DNA of 64,000 nucleotides from Candidatus Aminicenantes bacterium (GCA_027061995.1 JAMOUT010000057.1:65688-129687), one strand, 5' to 3'; shown: positions 30,801 through 42,615, counted from the stretch's first letter. Program-made: numbers and translations. The notes: generated by a model from the sequence alone, not told the origin.

Positions 30801-31688
30801 ATGAGAGCAAACGAGAGTATATGGTATAGGGATGCATTGTTTTATATTAATTTAACCAAATTAAGATATGATAAGGCAATACAAGAGACAACTTCCGGCA
30901 AAAAGATACATAAAATTTCGGATGATCCTTCCGGAGCCGCTTTTGCTCTCGGATTAAAGGATAGAAGGGGGCAGATTGAACAATTTACAAAAAACCTTGA
31001 TACTGCGAGAATATATCTTTCCAATGCCGAGGATGTGTTAAACAAAGTTCAAAATGTTTTAAATAAAGTTGTAACAGATGCAAGTGAGGGAGCAACGGAC
31101 ACTATGGATCTCTCTCAAAAACAATTAATTGCAAATGATATAGACCAATTGAGAACTCAAATAATGGATCTTGCCAATACAAGGGTTATGAACAGATATC
31201 TTTTTTCGGGAACTCTGATTGATACCCAACCTTTTACTGAGACAGGAGGGGTTGTGGGATACAATGGAAATACAAATAATATAGATGTTCAAATAGGATA
31301 TTCCATAAGAGTTACTACAAATCTACCCGGAGATCAGGTTTTTACAAATGGTGCGGATGATGTTTTTCAAGTCCTTGCGGATATAAGAGATCATTTGAAT
31401 GCAAATGATTCTGTTGCCGTGTCAAATGATATACCGAGGCTCGGGAGCATCCTTGATAATATGGCACATCAAAGAGGGATAATTGGTAACAGGATGCATG
31501 AGCTTGATATTATGAGAGATAGCCTTAAGGAATTTTCAAATAATCTTCAGGAGAAGATCTCCGAGATAGAGGATGCAAATATGCCGGAAGCGATATCAAA
31601 TCTCATGAAAGAGGAGACAGGTTTAAGAGTAACTCTTCAAGCCGCATCAAGAATTCAAAGGATTACATTATTTGATTATTTAGGGTAA
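30801..31688 (+). CDS. flgL: Hook-associated protein FlgL
   Basis: SGKKI...SDDPSGA, ANT...RYLFSG, TLFDYLG. Confidence 0.93.
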   Translation: MRANESIWYRDALFYINLTKLRYDKAIQETTSGKKIHKISDDPSGAAFALGLKDRRGQIEQFTKNLDTARIYLSNAEDVLNKVQNVLNKVVTDASEGATDTMDLSQKQLIANDIDQLRTQIMDLANTRVMNRYLFSGTLIDTQPFTETGGVVGYNGNTNNIDVQIGYSIRVTTNLPGDQVFTNGADDVFQVLADIRDHLNANDSVAVSNDIPRLGSILDNMAHQRGIIGNRMHELDIMRDSLKEFSNNLQEKISEIEDANMPEAISNLMKEETGLRVTLQAASRIQRITLFDYLG

Positions 31689-31696
31689 AATACGGT

Positions 31697-32167
31697 ATGA
31701 AAATAAAATCAAGAAGTTTCGGAGAACTTGAATTTAAAGAGGAGTCAATAGTCAATTTCCCCGAAGGGATAATAGGTTTTGAGAACCTTAAAAAATGGAT
31801 TCTGATTGAAAATCAATCCATGGAACCTTTTAAATGGATTCAATCCATAGAAGACGGGAATATCGCTCTTATGGTTATTGACCCCCATCTTATAAGAAGC
31901 AATTATAAGATGGCGATTCCATCAATTGAACATCAAAAGATAGGGTTGGAAAATTTGGAAAAAAGGGATGATTGGATAAGTTTTTGTGTTGTTGTTCCGA
32001 AAGAGGATATTAAAAATTCAATCGTTAATTTGAAAGCACCCATATTAATCAATTTGAAAGAAAAAACAGGTAAACAAATAATTCTGTTGAATGATGATTA
32101 TGATGTGGAGGAAAAGTTTTTTTCGGAAGAAACAGTTCGTATGAAGATGGAGCAGGAGAAAGGATAG
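31697..32167 (+). CDS. fliW: Flagellar assembly factor FliW
   Basis: FPEGIIGFE, WIQS, NLKAPILIN...GKQIIL. Confidence 0.94.
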   Translation: MKIKSRSFGELEFKEESIVNFPEGIIGFENLKKWILIENQSMEPFKWIQSIEDGNIALMVIDPHLIRSNYKMAIPSIEHQKIGLENLEKRDDWISFCVVVPKEDIKNSIVNLKAPILINLKEKTGKQIILLNDDYDVEEKFFSEETVRMKMEQEKG

Positions 32168-32401
32168 GTGCTTGTTTTAACCAGAAAGAAAGGGCAATCC
32201 ATAATTATAGGTGATAATATAAAGATTAAAATAGTGTCAATAAACCCGTCAGGTGTTGAAATAGGGATTGAAGCACCGAGAGATATAAATATTGTCAGGG
32301 AGGAACTTCTTGAAAAAGTAAAATCATTGAATATGGAAGCGGCAAACCTGAAGATAGAAAAGGATTCCTTAAACAAACTAAAAAAAATACTTAAAAAATA
32401 G
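32168..32401 (+). CDS. csrA: Carbon storage regulator CsrA
   Basis: MLVLTRKKGQSIIIGD...IGIEAPRDINIVREE; C-terminal extension; GTG start. Confidence 0.96.
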   Translation: MLVLTRKKGQSIIIGDNIKIKIVSINPSGVEIGIEAPRDINIVREELLEKVKSLNMEAANLKIEKDSLNKLKKILKK

Positions 32402-32409
32402 AATTAAAA

Positions 32410-33039
32410 CTATTTAATCGGTGAAAGGATAAAAATCATAATATCCCAAAATATGTGAGAAAGAATAACAAGTGACGGATTTTTTGTTTTCATATATAAA
32501 AATCCCCAAAATAATCCGCAAGTTAAAGCAGCGAGAATAAGAATAGGATTAAATGATATCAGATGAACGGCTGTGTATAATATAGCCGTTAATAATAATG
32601 CAAAATATTTCTTCATATGATTTTCCAAACTTTTTTGTATGAAACCTCTCCAAAATACCTCCTCACCGAAAGCTATGGGAAAAATGAGCAGAACAGAGAT
32701 TACAAGAGGTGATAGACCTGTTTTATTAGCGTATATATTATCAAGGAATATCCATCTGTCATTTAGAATATTAAATTTCAGATTAATCAGGATTAAAATT
32801 TTATTTCCGACAAAAAAGATAAAATAGAGAAATAAAGCGGATATAAAGGAATAGAGAATATTTGTATAACTGATTCGTATCTCATCAAATACCGATTTAT
32901 CAAAAAGAAAAACAATGAAGATTAAAAGAGAAACCGCAAGGCTCATAGAGAGCCAAAAATTGAAAGGTTTTAAACCGAAAACAATCCCCCATAATATAAA
33001 GGCAAAAAATAATGATATGTAAATTTTATTAATATTCAA
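32410..33039 (-). CDS. CPBP (CAAX/Abi) intramembrane glutamic endopeptidase
   Basis: GEEVFWRGF, YTAVH, SHIFWD motifs; TTG start just after the menA stop. Confidence 0.88.
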   Translation of the reverse strand: MNINKIYISLFFAFILWGIVFGLKPFNFWLSMSLAVSLLIFIVFLFDKSVFDEIRISYTNILYSFISALFLYFIFFVGNKILILINLKFNILNDRWIFLDNIYANKTGLSPLVISVLLIFPIAFGEEVFWRGFIQKSLENHMKKYFALLLTAILYTAVHLISFNPILILAALTCGLFWGFLYMKTKNPSLVILSHIFWDIMIFILSPIK

Positions 33040-33040
33040 A

Positions 33041-33955
33041 TTATTTTACATATAATTTGATTAATATTCCTACGATAAATAAGATACTGAAAACCATATG
33101 AAATTGGGAAGTGAAAGCATCGATCATTGCGAACTTTTTTTCCTCTGTTTTTTCTTTGTTTTTAACAAGGTTGATAAGTCTTAATGACACGGGAAGAGAA
33201 AAGAATATAATCAGAGTAAACCACGGGAGCTTATATAAAAGAACTAAAGTAATGACCGATAGATATGAAAGCATTATTAAGGAATAATACATTGTTTTTG
33301 CTTTGTTTAATCCCAAGTTTATTGCAACTGTTTTTATGTTTGCCGCTTTATCATTTTCCATATCCCTTATATTATTTCCGTGTAAAATTGCAACAACAAT
33401 AAAAGCAATAGGTAGAGCGTAAAGGACGGGTGTCCATGAGAATATATGAGTTTGAATAAAATACGCCCCGAGAACCATTGCGGGACCAAAAGCTATAAAA
33501 ACAGCGATATCTCCGAGGGCTTTGTATTTTAATGCTACAGGGCCTGCGGTATAAAAAAAACCGAGAAACCCTCCGGTGAGAATAATCATAAGAAAGGTTA
33601 TTTTATTCGGTAAAACAGCAAGAAAATACAAGCCGATTGCCATAGATAGAAGAAAAAGGATAATAGCTCCTTTTAATAGTGTTTTCGGAGTTAATATTTT
33701 CTCGACAAGCAGTCCGCTTGAACCATAGGTTCCCTCTCTGTCAACATTCTTTTTATAATCAAAATAATCATTGAACATATTTGATGCAGCGTGAATACTA
33801 ACCGAACCGATTAAAGCCATAATAAGATAAAGCCAATTAAAATTTATTTCGGGAAACTCCATAACAGCTATAATACTACCCAAAATAGGGGGGATAATAC
33901 TAACCGTAAACGCGAAAGGTCTTGTCGCTCTCCACCATATTTTAAGGTTCTTCAT
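33041..33955 (-). CDS. menA: UbiA-family prenyltransferase, MenA-like (1,4-dihydroxy-2-naphthoate polyprenyltransferase)
   Basis: WRATRP, NMFNDYFDYKKNVD, NNIRDMENDKAANIKTVA. Confidence 0.82.
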   Translation of the reverse strand: MKNLKIWWRATRPFAFTVSIIPPILGSIIAVMEFPEINFNWLYLIMALIGSVSIHAASNMFNDYFDYKKNVDREGTYGSSGLLVEKILTPKTLLKGAIILFLLSMAIGLYFLAVLPNKITFLMIILTGGFLGFFYTAGPVALKYKALGDIAVFIAFGPAMVLGAYFIQTHIFSWTPVLYALPIAFIVVAILHGNNIRDMENDKAANIKTVAINLGLNKAKTMYYSLIMLSYLSVITLVLLYKLPWFTLIIFFSLPVSLRLINLVKNKEKTEEKKFAMIDAFTSQFHMVFSILFIVGILIKLYVK

Positions 33956-33968
33956 AATAACACCTCCT

Positions 33969-33993
33969 TACAATAGAACTTTATTCTATTATA
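33969..33993. promoter_or_regulatory. Inverted repeat overlapping the predicted menA -10 box (candidate operator)
   Basis: AATAGAA-CTTTA-TTCTATT at 33972-33990; promoter TTGACT-17-TAGAAT on the minus strand. Confidence 0.4.
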
Positions 33994-34074
33994 GTATCAT
34001 TTAATAGTCAATATTTTAGGGAGAAGGATGAAATCCTTGAAAGATAGATGAATATATTTTATAATAAATAAATC

Positions 34075-36648
34075 ATGATAAAAAGTTTAAACCTTGATCA
34101 AATCCCGATTATTTCAAAAACAATAATTGATATTTTTAAATATGAAAGAAAAAATCAGATAGAATTTTCTCAAACATTATCGGAGATTATTGCTAAAGAT
34201 CCAGGATTGTCATCTAAAATATTAAAATTTGCCAATTCCCCTTATTATGGGTTTATGGGGAAAATATCCACCGTTAGACATGCTATTAATCTCTTGGGAG
34301 TTGAAACAGTAAAAAACATAGTATTAAGGTCATCAATAACCGATATTTTTCTGAAACTTAAAAATGATAAAATATTAAAAAATATTTATACATATTTTCT
34401 GAAAAGGGGTTTAATTGCCGGTGTTGTTAGTAAAATATTGTGTGAAACACTTGGCTTGGGAACTCCGGAGAGTTTTTTGTTGAGAGGAACTTTACTTAAA
34501 ATCGGTAATATAGCTTTGATAATGAATTTTGAAGAAAAATATGATTTTGTTGTGGAAAAATTGTATGACAATGATTTATTAGACGAGGAAAGGAGAAGAT
34601 TCGGGACTGATTCTGTTGAAGTTGGTAAATACCTTGTTGAACAATGGAATTTCCCTTATGAATTCTATCAGTCAATTGACAACCACATTGAGATTAAAAA
34701 CAATGATTATATTTCAAAAGTTGCTTATATCTCAAATCTGTTTTCCGAATTATTGTTATTGAAGGATGAAACAAAAAGGGACCTATTGATGGATAGATTT
34801 AAAGTTAAATTAAAAGAGATATTTAATTTAAGCTTTTCGGATATAGATGTATTTAAAGGGGAGTTAGAGCTTGAAATAAAATTGTTTATAGAAGGTGCCC
34901 CCGAATTTAGTGATAATTGTAAAGAGGTGTTGGAGCTTTTCGATAATATACAGAAAAAACTTGTGGAAGAGATTAATGACCTCGAAGAGATTAATAAAAA
35001 ACTAAATAAATTGAAGAATCAAATTGCCTTGGAAAAAAAATACCTTAAACTAAATCTTAGATTCGCAAAAAGCTTATCATGGATTAGTGAACCTCAATAT
35101 CTTATAAACAAAATATTACATCAGATAAATTATTTAACTCAAAAAGCCGAAGCAAAATTTATATTTTGGGATATTAACTCAAAGCAATTTTATGCTTATA
35201 AATTAAATGATTCAAAAAATAATGTTTACATATATGATTTAAAAAAAGCTCCGCTTTATGAGAGAAGTTATAAATTAAGAGAGATTCAAATTAAAAATTT
35301 TGATGATAGTATATTGGTTGTTATCCCTGTCTTTTATGAAACAACATCCTATGGTATTATCCCGATTTTATTTGAAAATAAAAAAGATTATTCATCGGAA
35401 TTGATAAGTGCTATTGAGACAGCTGCAAATATTGTGGCTAATGCTTTTAATAATTATTATTCAAATGAGAGGGTAAAAAAAGAGATAATAAAAAAATATG
35501 TAATGTTTGATGAAATTAAAAACGGGATGTTTAATAATCAGAGGATGAAAGAGATAATAAAAGAACTGCAATTGTATAATATTCACAAATATATATTAAG
35601 AAGTATTATACATAAATTAAATAATAAATTAACACCGGTGATAGGGTATGCTCAGATGATTGAGGGAAAATCCGCAGATGAAAAGATGAATGAGAGAGTT
35701 TCGATAATAAGGAAAAATTCGGATGAAGTGGTTCAAATCTTAAATCGTTTATTTGAGCAATTCTCAGCTCCTGTTCTTCAAAAAGAGATTATTAATCTGA
35801 ATATGTTGATTAAAGAGAAGATACAATTGATAGATTATAAGATAAAAGAGGAGGGGATTAAAGTTGAATTTGAACTTGAAAACGGATTGCCGGATATATA
35901 TTTTTCAAGGGTTCAACTTGGAGATGTAATAATGAATCTGATTGTGAATTCAATTGAAGCTGTGGAACGGACAGATAAAGCTGAGAAAAGACTAAAGGTG
36001 AAAACCTATTATGATTCCCTGAATTTTTATATTGAGGTTAGTGATAATGGGGTAGGGATAGATGAAAAGATACAGGAAAAAATATTCGAACCGTTTTTTA
36101 CAACTTATGATAATAAAAACGGATTAGGGTTAAATTTTGTTCATGGTTTTGTTAATGCAAATCAGGGTTCAATAGATATAAAAAGTAAAGTTGGGGTCGG
36201 AACAACAATAACAATATCTTTTTATGCGAAAACCATTAAACAACCTAAGAAAGAAAAAATAGATAAGGGTAATTTTAAAATATTGATTGTGGATGATGAA
36301 GAGAGTTTGGTTGAATTACTTACCGAATTTTTGAATTATGAGGGATTAAACAATATAAGCACGGCAAAAGACGGAGAGAAAGCTATTAATTTGATTAAAA
36401 AGAATCAATATAATCTTATTATTACCGATATAAGGATGCCGAAAGTATCAGGAATAGAGCTTTACAGGTGGTTGAAGAGTGAGAAAAAAGATGTTGATGT
36501 GATTTTTATAACAGCTGAGATTTCTTCGGAAGAATTGAATAAAATTATTAATAATGATAAAATCCCGATATTACAAAAACCTTTCTCCTTAATGGAATTT
36601 ACAGGGTTGATTTATGAATTTATAAGTAAGAAATATATGGAGGTATAA
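34075..36648 (+). CDS. Cytoplasmic hybrid sensor kinase: HDOD - GAF-like - HisKA/HATPase - receiver
   Basis: [18 protein letters not shown] (HDOD), HKLNNKLT H-box, [31 protein letters not shown]...ITDIRMP...QKPF. Confidence 0.9.
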   Translation: MIKSLNLDQIPIISKTIIDIFKYERKNQIEFSQTLSEIIAKDPGLSSKILKFANSPYYGFMGKISTVRHAINLLGVETVKNIVLRSSITDIFLKLKNDKILKNIYTYFLKRGLIAGVVSKILCETLGLGTPESFLLRGTLLKIGNIALIMNFEEKYDFVVEKLYDNDLLDEERRRFGTDSVEVGKYLVEQWNFPYEFYQSIDNHIEIKNNDYISKVAYISNLFSELLLLKDETKRDLLMDRFKVKLKEIFNLSFSDIDVFKGELELEIKLFIEGAPEFSDNCKEVLELFDNIQKKLVEEINDLEEINKKLNKLKNQIALEKKYLKLNLRFAKSLSWISEPQYLINKILHQINYLTQKAEAKFIFWDINSKQFYAYKLNDSKNNVYIYDLKKAPLYERSYKLREIQIKNFDDSILVVIPVFYETTSYGIIPILFENKKDYSSELISAIETAANIVANAFNNYYSNERVKKEIIKKYVMFDEIKNGMFNNQRMKEIIKELQLYNIHKYILRSIIHKLNNKLTPVIGYAQMIEGKSADEKMNERVSIIRKNSDEVVQILNRLFEQFSAPVLQKEIINLNMLIKEKIQLIDYKIKEEGIKVEFELENGLPDIYFSRVQLGDVIMNLIVNSIEAVERTDKAEKRLKVKTYYDSLNFYIEVSDNGVGIDEKIQEKIFEPFFTTYDNKNGLGLNFVHGFVNANQGSIDIKSKVGVGTTITISFYAKTIKQPKKEKIDKGNFKILIVDDEESLVELLTEFLNYEGLNNISTAKDGEKAINLIKKNQYNLIITDIRMPKVSGIELYRWLKSEKKDVDVIFITAEISSEELNKIINNDKIPILQKPFSLMEFTGLIYEFISKKYMEV

Positions 36649-36649
36649 T

Positions 36650-39409
36650 ATGAAAAAATATGTTTATCTTTTTGGTAATGGAAAGGCTGAAGGAAACAGT
36701 TCGATGAAAAATTTACTTGGAGGAAAAGGAGCGAATCTTGCCGAGATGGCGAATCTCGGAATTCCTGTTCCCCCGGGTTTTACTATTTCTACGGAAGTAT
36801 GCACCTACTATTATAAGAACAAAACTTATCCGGAAGGGTTAAAGGATGAAGTTCTTAATGCTTTGAAAAATGTTGAAAAAATGGTGGAGAAAAAGTTTGG
36901 TGATGAGAAAAACCCTCTTCTTGTATCTGTCAGATCGGGAGCGAGAGTTTCTATGCCCGGGATGATGGATACTGTTTTAAATCTCGGGATTAATGACACA
37001 ACTGTTAATGGTTTGGCTGCCCTTACAAATAATGAAAGATTTGCGTGGGATAGTTATAGAAGATTTATACAGATGTTCGGTAATGTTGTCATGGGGATTG
37101 ATTCCTCGAAATTCGAACATATTTTATCGGGGTTAAAAAAGGAAAAGGGGGTGGAATATGATACTGAACTTGATGCTGATGATTTGAAGAAATTAGTCGA
37201 TTTATATAAAGAGTTTGTCCGAAAAGAAAAAGGGGAAGATTTTCCTCAGGATCCTTATAAACAGATGTGGATGGCGATTGATGCGGTTTTTAAATCTTGG
37301 GATAATGAAAGAGCTATTGCCTATAGGAGGATGCATCAAATATCCGATGATTGGGGAACAGCTGTTAATGTTGTGGCTATGGTTTACGGTAATATGGGCG
37401 ATAATAGTGGGACCGGTGTTGCATTTACAAGGGATCCTGCAACAGGGGAGAAAAAATTCTTCGGAGAGTTTTTGATTAATGCTCAGGGAGAAGATGTTGT
37501 TGCCGGAATTAGAACCCCTCAAGCCATTACTCTTAAAGATTCTCGAAAATGGGCGAAGGAACACAATATTTCCGAAGAGGAAAGGAGAACAAAATATCCC
37601 TCTCTTGAAGAATATATGCCTGAAGTTTATAAACAGCTTGTTGAAATATATCAAAAACTTGAAAAACATTATAGGGATATGCAGGATCTTGAGTTTACAA
37701 TTGAACGGGGAAAATTATGGATGCTTCAAACAAGAACAGGTAAAAGAACAGGTTTTGCAGCTGTTAATATTGCAATAGATATGGTGGATGAAGGTTTGAT
37801 TACAGAGAAAGAGGCTTTATTAAGAATAGAGGGTGAACATCTTACTCAATTGATGAACCCGATATTCGACCCCGAAGATGTTAAAAAAGCGAAAGGGGAA
37901 GGAAGAATTGTTGCGAAGGGATTACCGGCGGGCCCGGGAGCTGCGACCGGTAAAATAGTGTTTTATGCAGAAGATGCGGAAGCATGGGCGGAAAAAGGGG
38001 AAAAAGTCATTTTAGTCAGAGATGAAACTTCTCCCGAGGATATTAAAGGGATGGATTCCGCCGAAGGTATTTTGACCGCTCGAGGTGGTATGACATCTCA
38101 TGCTGCCGTTGTTGCGAGAGGAATGGGCAAAACATGTGTTGTTGGCTGCGGTGCCCTTGATATAGATTATGATAAAAAGGAGATGAAAGTTAGCGGTAAA
38201 GTATTAAAAGAGGGAGATTGGATTTCCATAGATGGTAATACGGGCGAAGTTATTCAGGGAAAAGTTAAGGTAAAACCTTCCGAAGTTGTTCAAGTAATGA
38301 TTGAGAAAACTCTTGATCCCGAGAATGCTCCGGTTTACAAAAAATTTGAAAAACTTATGAAATGGGCAGATAAATATAGGAAGTTAGGTGTCAGAACAAA
38401 TGCGGATACTCCTAAGGATAGCGGAGTAGCAAGAAAATTCGGAGCGGAAGGAATAGGGTTGTGTAGAACGGAGCATATGTTTTTTGAGGGGGAAAGAATA
38501 CAAGCGGTCAGAGAGATGATTCTCGCTGAAAATCTTGAAAATAGAAAAAAAGCTTTAGAAAAGATTTTACCGATGCAAAAGGAGGATTTTATCGGCATAT
38601 TTAAAGCGATGGCGGGATTTCCGGTAACAATAAGACTTCTTGATCCCCCGCTTCACGAGTTTTTACCTCATGAAGAGGAAGATATAAAAGAACTCTCAAA
38701 TGAGATGGGCGTTGATTTTGAGACCTTAAAATCAAAAGTGGAATCCCTTAAAGAGATGAATCCTATGTTGGGTCATCGAGGTTGTAGGCTTGGAATATCT
38801 TATCCGGAGATTACGGAGATGCAGACAAGAGCGATTATTGAAGCTGCTCTTGAAGTTAAAAAACAGGGGATTGAGGTGAAACCCGAAATAATGATTCCTC
38901 TCGTAGGACATTATAAGGAGTTTGAATTACAGAAGGATATAGTTGATAGAACTGCAAAAGAGGTGATGGAAGAGAGAGGAGAAACAATAGATTATCTTGT
39001 GGGAACAATGATAGAACTTCCGAGGGCAGCCTTAACAGCCGATGAAATAGCACAAAATGCTGAATTTTTCTCTTTCGGAACAAATGATTTGACTCAAACA
39101 ACTTTCGGATTGTCCAGAGATGATGCCGGAAAATTTTTACCCGAATATATTGAAAAAGGGATATATAGTGTGGATCCTTTTGTTGCAATTGATCAAAAGG
39201 GGTTGGGTGAGTTGATGAAAATCGGGGTTGAAAAAGGCAGAAGCACAAGAAAAGATATTAAAATCGGAATCTGTGGCGAACACGGTGGTGAGCCATCTTC
39301 AGTTAAATTTTGCCATAGAATTGGATTTAACTATGTTAGTTGTTCCCCTTACAGGGTCCCTATCGCAAGATTATCCGCAGCTCAGGCAGTTATTGAAGAG
39401 GAAAATTAA
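36650..39409 (+). CDS. ppdK: Pyruvate phosphate dikinase
   Basis: [58 protein letters not shown]. Confidence 0.98.
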   Translation: MKKYVYLFGNGKAEGNSSMKNLLGGKGANLAEMANLGIPVPPGFTISTEVCTYYYKNKTYPEGLKDEVLNALKNVEKMVEKKFGDEKNPLLVSVRSGARVSMPGMMDTVLNLGINDTTVNGLAALTNNERFAWDSYRRFIQMFGNVVMGIDSSKFEHILSGLKKEKGVEYDTELDADDLKKLVDLYKEFVRKEKGEDFPQDPYKQMWMAIDAVFKSWDNERAIAYRRMHQISDDWGTAVNVVAMVYGNMGDNSGTGVAFTRDPATGEKKFFGEFLINAQGEDVVAGIRTPQAITLKDSRKWAKEHNISEEERRTKYPSLEEYMPEVYKQLVEIYQKLEKHYRDMQDLEFTIERGKLWMLQTRTGKRTGFAAVNIAIDMVDEGLITEKEALLRIEGEHLTQLMNPIFDPEDVKKAKGEGRIVAKGLPAGPGAATGKIVFYAEDAEAWAEKGEKVILVRDETSPEDIKGMDSAEGILTARGGMTSHAAVVARGMGKTCVVGCGALDIDYDKKEMKVSGKVLKEGDWISIDGNTGEVIQGKVKVKPSEVVQVMIEKTLDPENAPVYKKFEKLMKWADKYRKLGVRTNADTPKDSGVARKFGAEGIGLCRTEHMFFEGERIQAVREMILAENLENRKKALEKILPMQKEDFIGIFKAMAGFPVTIRLLDPPLHEFLPHEEEDIKELSNEMGVDFETLKSKVESLKEMNPMLGHRGCRLGISYPEITEMQTRAIIEAALEVKKQGIEVKPEIMIPLVGHYKEFELQKDIVDRTAKEVMEERGETIDYLVGTMIELPRAALTADEIAQNAEFFSFGTNDLTQTTFGLSRDDAGKFLPEYIEKGIYSVDPFVAIDQKGLGELMKIGVEKGRSTRKDIKIGICGEHGGEPSSVKFCHRIGFNYVSCSPYRVPIARLSAAQAVIEEEN

Positions 39410-39420
39410 TAAATTGATAA

Positions 39421-39457
39421 AAAAAAAGGGAGAATTTAAAAAATTCTCCCTTTTTTT
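39421..39457. terminator. Bidirectional intrinsic terminator
   Basis: A7-GGGAGAATTT-AAA-AAATTCTCCC-T7 between convergent ppdK and the OMP gene. Confidence 0.92.
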
Positions 39458-39474
39458 ATTTAAACTTATTGTCA

Positions 39475-40227
39475 TCAGAAAGTATAAGCTATACCTCCTT
39501 TAACCATAAAACCATTCCAAATACCACCATCGACAAAAACAGAACCATTCTGAATTATTTCAACTCTGATTCCGAAATTTATTATTAAAACCGGGAGGTA
39601 TGATATTTTTATATCCTCAATCTCGGTTAAATCCTCTGATTCGTTTATTGTATAGCTACCCTTTTTTTTATTATGCGAGTAGTAAGCACCAATAGCATTA
39701 TAATTCAAATTTCCTTTAAGGGGTGAGATACCTCCGCCGAATGATATATACGGGTGGATTTTTCCTTCAACCAAAAGATCCCATTTTAAATCAACCACAA
39801 AGGCGGAATAATTTATAATTAAATTTCCCTCTGCATTTGATGATATGTAATCACCCGATACAAAATTCTGTCTGACATGTCCTGATATAATTATTTTGGA
39901 ATCTATGCGAAAGTAGGAAAAACCGAGAGAAAAACTCCCTTTTTCACCACCCGGATAAATTCTTATCTGGAAATTAACTCCACCCCCAGAGGAATCAAAG
40001 TTTACATCCTGGGAGTAATCTCCCAGGGTTTGTGCGGGGTAATCATTTTTAATATTGTCTTGCAAATTATCTTTAAGCAAATCATTTAATTTATCCTCTA
40101 TTGTGTTTTTTAAAAGATTCAATGACCAATTACCATAACCTACGGATATGTAATATTTTGGATTTGAAAAACCAAATGATATGATTAAAATCATGTAAAA
40201 AAACATAAAAATCATTTTTTTTATCAT
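39475..40227 (-). CDS. Outer-membrane beta-barrel protein
   Basis: Signal peptide, HPYISFGGGI, C-terminal GGIAYTF. Confidence 0.7.
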   Translation of the reverse strand: MIKKMIFMFFYMILIISFGFSNPKYYISVGYGNWSLNLLKNTIEDKLNDLLKDNLQDNIKNDYPAQTLGDYSQDVNFDSSGGGVNFQIRIYPGGEKGSFSLGFSYFRIDSKIIISGHVRQNFVSGDYISSNAEGNLIINYSAFVVDLKWDLLVEGKIHPYISFGGGISPLKGNLNYNAIGAYYSHNKKKGSYTINESEDLTEIEDIKISYLPVLIINFGIRVEIIQNGSVFVDGGIWNGFMVKGGIAYTF

Positions 40228-42014
40228 TTTTTACCCTCCTTTTTTATTTTTATATTATACAATGATGAATTAAAATCATCTATTATCTCTTTGATTAATG
40301 ACAGCATCTTAGTATAATAGGTTATATAACTTGTCTTAAAATTATTGAAATTACCATCTTTTTTATATTTGTTCTGGTCCTTTAAAAACTGATATATCGG
40401 CTCTTGGGTATAATTTTCGATTATTTCCGCTGTTTCCGGGTTGGAATAGATATAATTGTATCCTTTTGATAAATCATCAATGGACAGGTTGTCCTTTTTA
40501 AGAAGTTTTAAATTTTCTTCTATATTCAAAAGGATGTTTTTGAAATTTTTTATATATATTTTAAGAAATCGCTTGATTTTTTTCCATTTATCTTTTGTAA
40601 TGCTATTTGAATGAATTTTACCTATCTCTTTGAAAAACTCCCTTTTGCTTGCTTTAAGTTTAAGAACTTCAAACCATGATTGTGAATTATATATTGAGTC
40701 AAAAAAACCACCCTCTGTAATATTGATATATTTTTCATCCTTTTTAAGGATGGAACTTATATATTCTTTGTATTTCTCAAGTTTATAATTTGTTAATATA
40801 TATCTTCCGAATATATCCCGAACGGTTTTATTCTCTTTTGTATTTATTATCGAGTGTCTTTTGGCTGAAATATAAGTTTGATTATTCCTTTTATAAATCC
40901 AATCATTATCATATATTGTTTCCCTCGTATATTTCAGATTATACGGGAAGGAAAGGTCCTGACCGATGAATAGGATAGGGGAGGCTCCCATAAAATGGGC
41001 AACTTCAAGCGCAAGGGATGCAACAGTTCCCCAAGTGTTAAGGTGTGATATCTCGCCTATGAAATTTTCAAGTAATTCAAGAAGGGGTTTGTCAAAGATA
41101 GTAAGGAAAACTTTATCTTTAAATTCATCAAAAACTCTCGAATCAACCGATGGTTCTGTTATCAGATATGTTTTTTTTGTTTTAATGTTTTTAAGGTGAA
41201 GATAATTAAAATAGGAGGGATCTCCCGCAACAACAAAATGGGGTTCAATATTTAAACTTAGCAATGGTTTTAATGCGGTATCAGTGGAGATTATTATCCC
41301 TCTTTTTTCCATATCTTTTAAATAGAGTATGTTTTTATCAAGAGAGGGGCCTGCCGAAACTATTATAGCGGGAACATCGCTGAAAAGATTTCTTAATCTG
41401 TTTATCGGGGGTGATTTTGTAATGATTTCAAGATTATTTAAAATATTTTTTTGAACTCTTCTGCCATCCTTCATCCTTGTAACAAAATCATAAACCAATT
41501 GAAGAGCGGTATTATTTATCTTCTCCAAGATAGTATCTATCTCTGTTTTTAAGAGATTATTAATTATGGGATGAATTATATAATCTATCTTATCAAGTTT
41601 GACAATATCAATCCCCTCTTGTATCTTTTGTTCAAAATCATTCTTTTGCGGTATTATCATTGTGAAAAAATCAAAATGATTGATATATTCGTCCATATTA
41701 AGATTTTTTACCGCAAATGATAGAAGTTCGGGGTAGGGTTCTATGTAAAACACCCTCTTCCCCTTATCTATTTTATTTAATACTTCTTTTAAAAAATAGG
41801 GGCTTCCTCCACCTATGATAACAATGTGGTCCTCTTTAATCGATATGTTTTCAGCCTGTCTTTCCCCCTCTTTAACAGGGTTATATTTAGAAAACAGGTA
41901 GGTGGGATTTCCGTTTCTTTCTATTATGAGAATGGGGTTATTGTCTTTTGCTTTTGCTTCGAAAAATCGGAGTATATTATTCGGAGGGGTATTATCCGGC
42001 TCCATCTGATTCAT
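40224..42014 (-). CDS. Motility-associated factor (Maf, DUF115/MptE-like) flagellin glycosyltransferase
   Basis: YLFSKYNPVKE, AIIVSAGPSLDKNI, GTVA, FIGQDLSF, INITEGG; downstream of the fliC cluster. Confidence 0.85.
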   Translation of the reverse strand: MNQMEPDNTPPNNILRFFEAKAKDNNPILIIERNGNPTYLFSKYNPVKEGERQAENISIKEDHIVIIGGGSPYFLKEVLNKIDKGKRVFYIEPYPELLSFAVKNLNMDEYINHFDFFTMIIPQKNDFEQKIQEGIDIVKLDKIDYIIHPIINNLLKTEIDTILEKINNTALQLVYDFVTRMKDGRRVQKNILNNLEIITKSPPINRLRNLFSDVPAIIVSAGPSLDKNILYLKDMEKRGIIISTDTALKPLLSLNIEPHFVVAGDPSYFNYLHLKNIKTKKTYLITEPSVDSRVFDEFKDKVFLTIFDKPLLELLENFIGEISHLNTWGTVASLALEVAHFMGASPILFIGQDLSFPYNLKYTRETIYDNDWIYKRNNQTYISAKRHSIINTKENKTVRDIFGRYILTNYKLEKYKEYISSILKKDEKYINITEGGFFDSIYNSQSWFEVLKLKASKREFFKEIGKIHSNSITKDKWKKIKRFLKIYIKNFKNILLNIEENLKLLKKDNLSIDDLSKGYNYIYSNPETAEIIENYTQEPIYQFLKDQNKYKKDGNFNNFKTSYITYYTKMLSLIKEIIDDFNSSLYNIKIKKEGKK

Positions 42015-42018
42015 ACTA

Positions 42019-42438
42019 TCACTCTCCTATAATTTGTATTAATATCTCTCTGTCTCTGTCTCTCTCATCAAAGTTTAATACGATTATCTGTTGCCAGGTT
42101 CCGAGAAAAAGTTTACCGTTAACAAAAGGGATGGATAATGATGTCTTCTGGAGAGAAGAGCGAAGGTGGGAAAATCCATTATAATCTCCCCATGTTTTTG
42201 TATGATGGTAAGGTTTGTCTGAAGGGGCGATTTTTTCCATTAATTCTTCATAATCTTTCATTAGATTGGGTTCATATTCTATGGTTGTGATTCCTCCTGT
42301 TGAACCTTTGATACTGATTATTACGATTCCTGCGGAAAAATTTTCTTCCATGATAAAATTTTGAACCTCGGAAGTTATATCGACACTTCCGATTTTAGCC
42401 TTTAAAAAACTTGATAATAATCTGCTTTTTACCCTCAT
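42019..42438 (-). CDS. yjbQ: YjbQ/UPF0047 family protein
   Basis: STGGITTIEYEP, NGFSHLRSSL, LGTWQQI. Confidence 0.9.
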   Translation of the reverse strand: MRVKSRLLSSFLKAKIGSVDITSEVQNFIMEENFSAGIVIISIKGSTGGITTIEYEPNLMKDYEELMEKIAPSDKPYHHTKTWGDYNGFSHLRSSLQKTSLSIPFVNGKLFLGTWQQIIVLNFDERDRDREILIQIIGE

Positions 42439-42472
42439 AAAATAATATATTTTAAAATATGATTTTAGTCAA
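42436..42472 (-). promoter_or_regulatory. sigma70 promoter abutting the yjbQ start (putative leaderless)
   Basis: TTGACT-17 nt-TATATT-5 nt-ATG. Confidence 0.6.
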
Positions 42473-42615
42473 TAGTGAAGGGATTAAATAATAAAATTAA
42501 TAGCATGAACTGTGGTAATAAAGGAATAAAAAATCTATTAATAATTATAAGTGTAAAAACAAGAAAATCCTGCGAATTTATAATAAAAGATACTATCTGT
42601 TGTCCTTAATAATAA

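Noticed and set aside
37202..39248. Several overlapping ORFs on both strands inside ppdK
   Set aside because: Alternate-frame or antisense shadows of a highly conserved gene.
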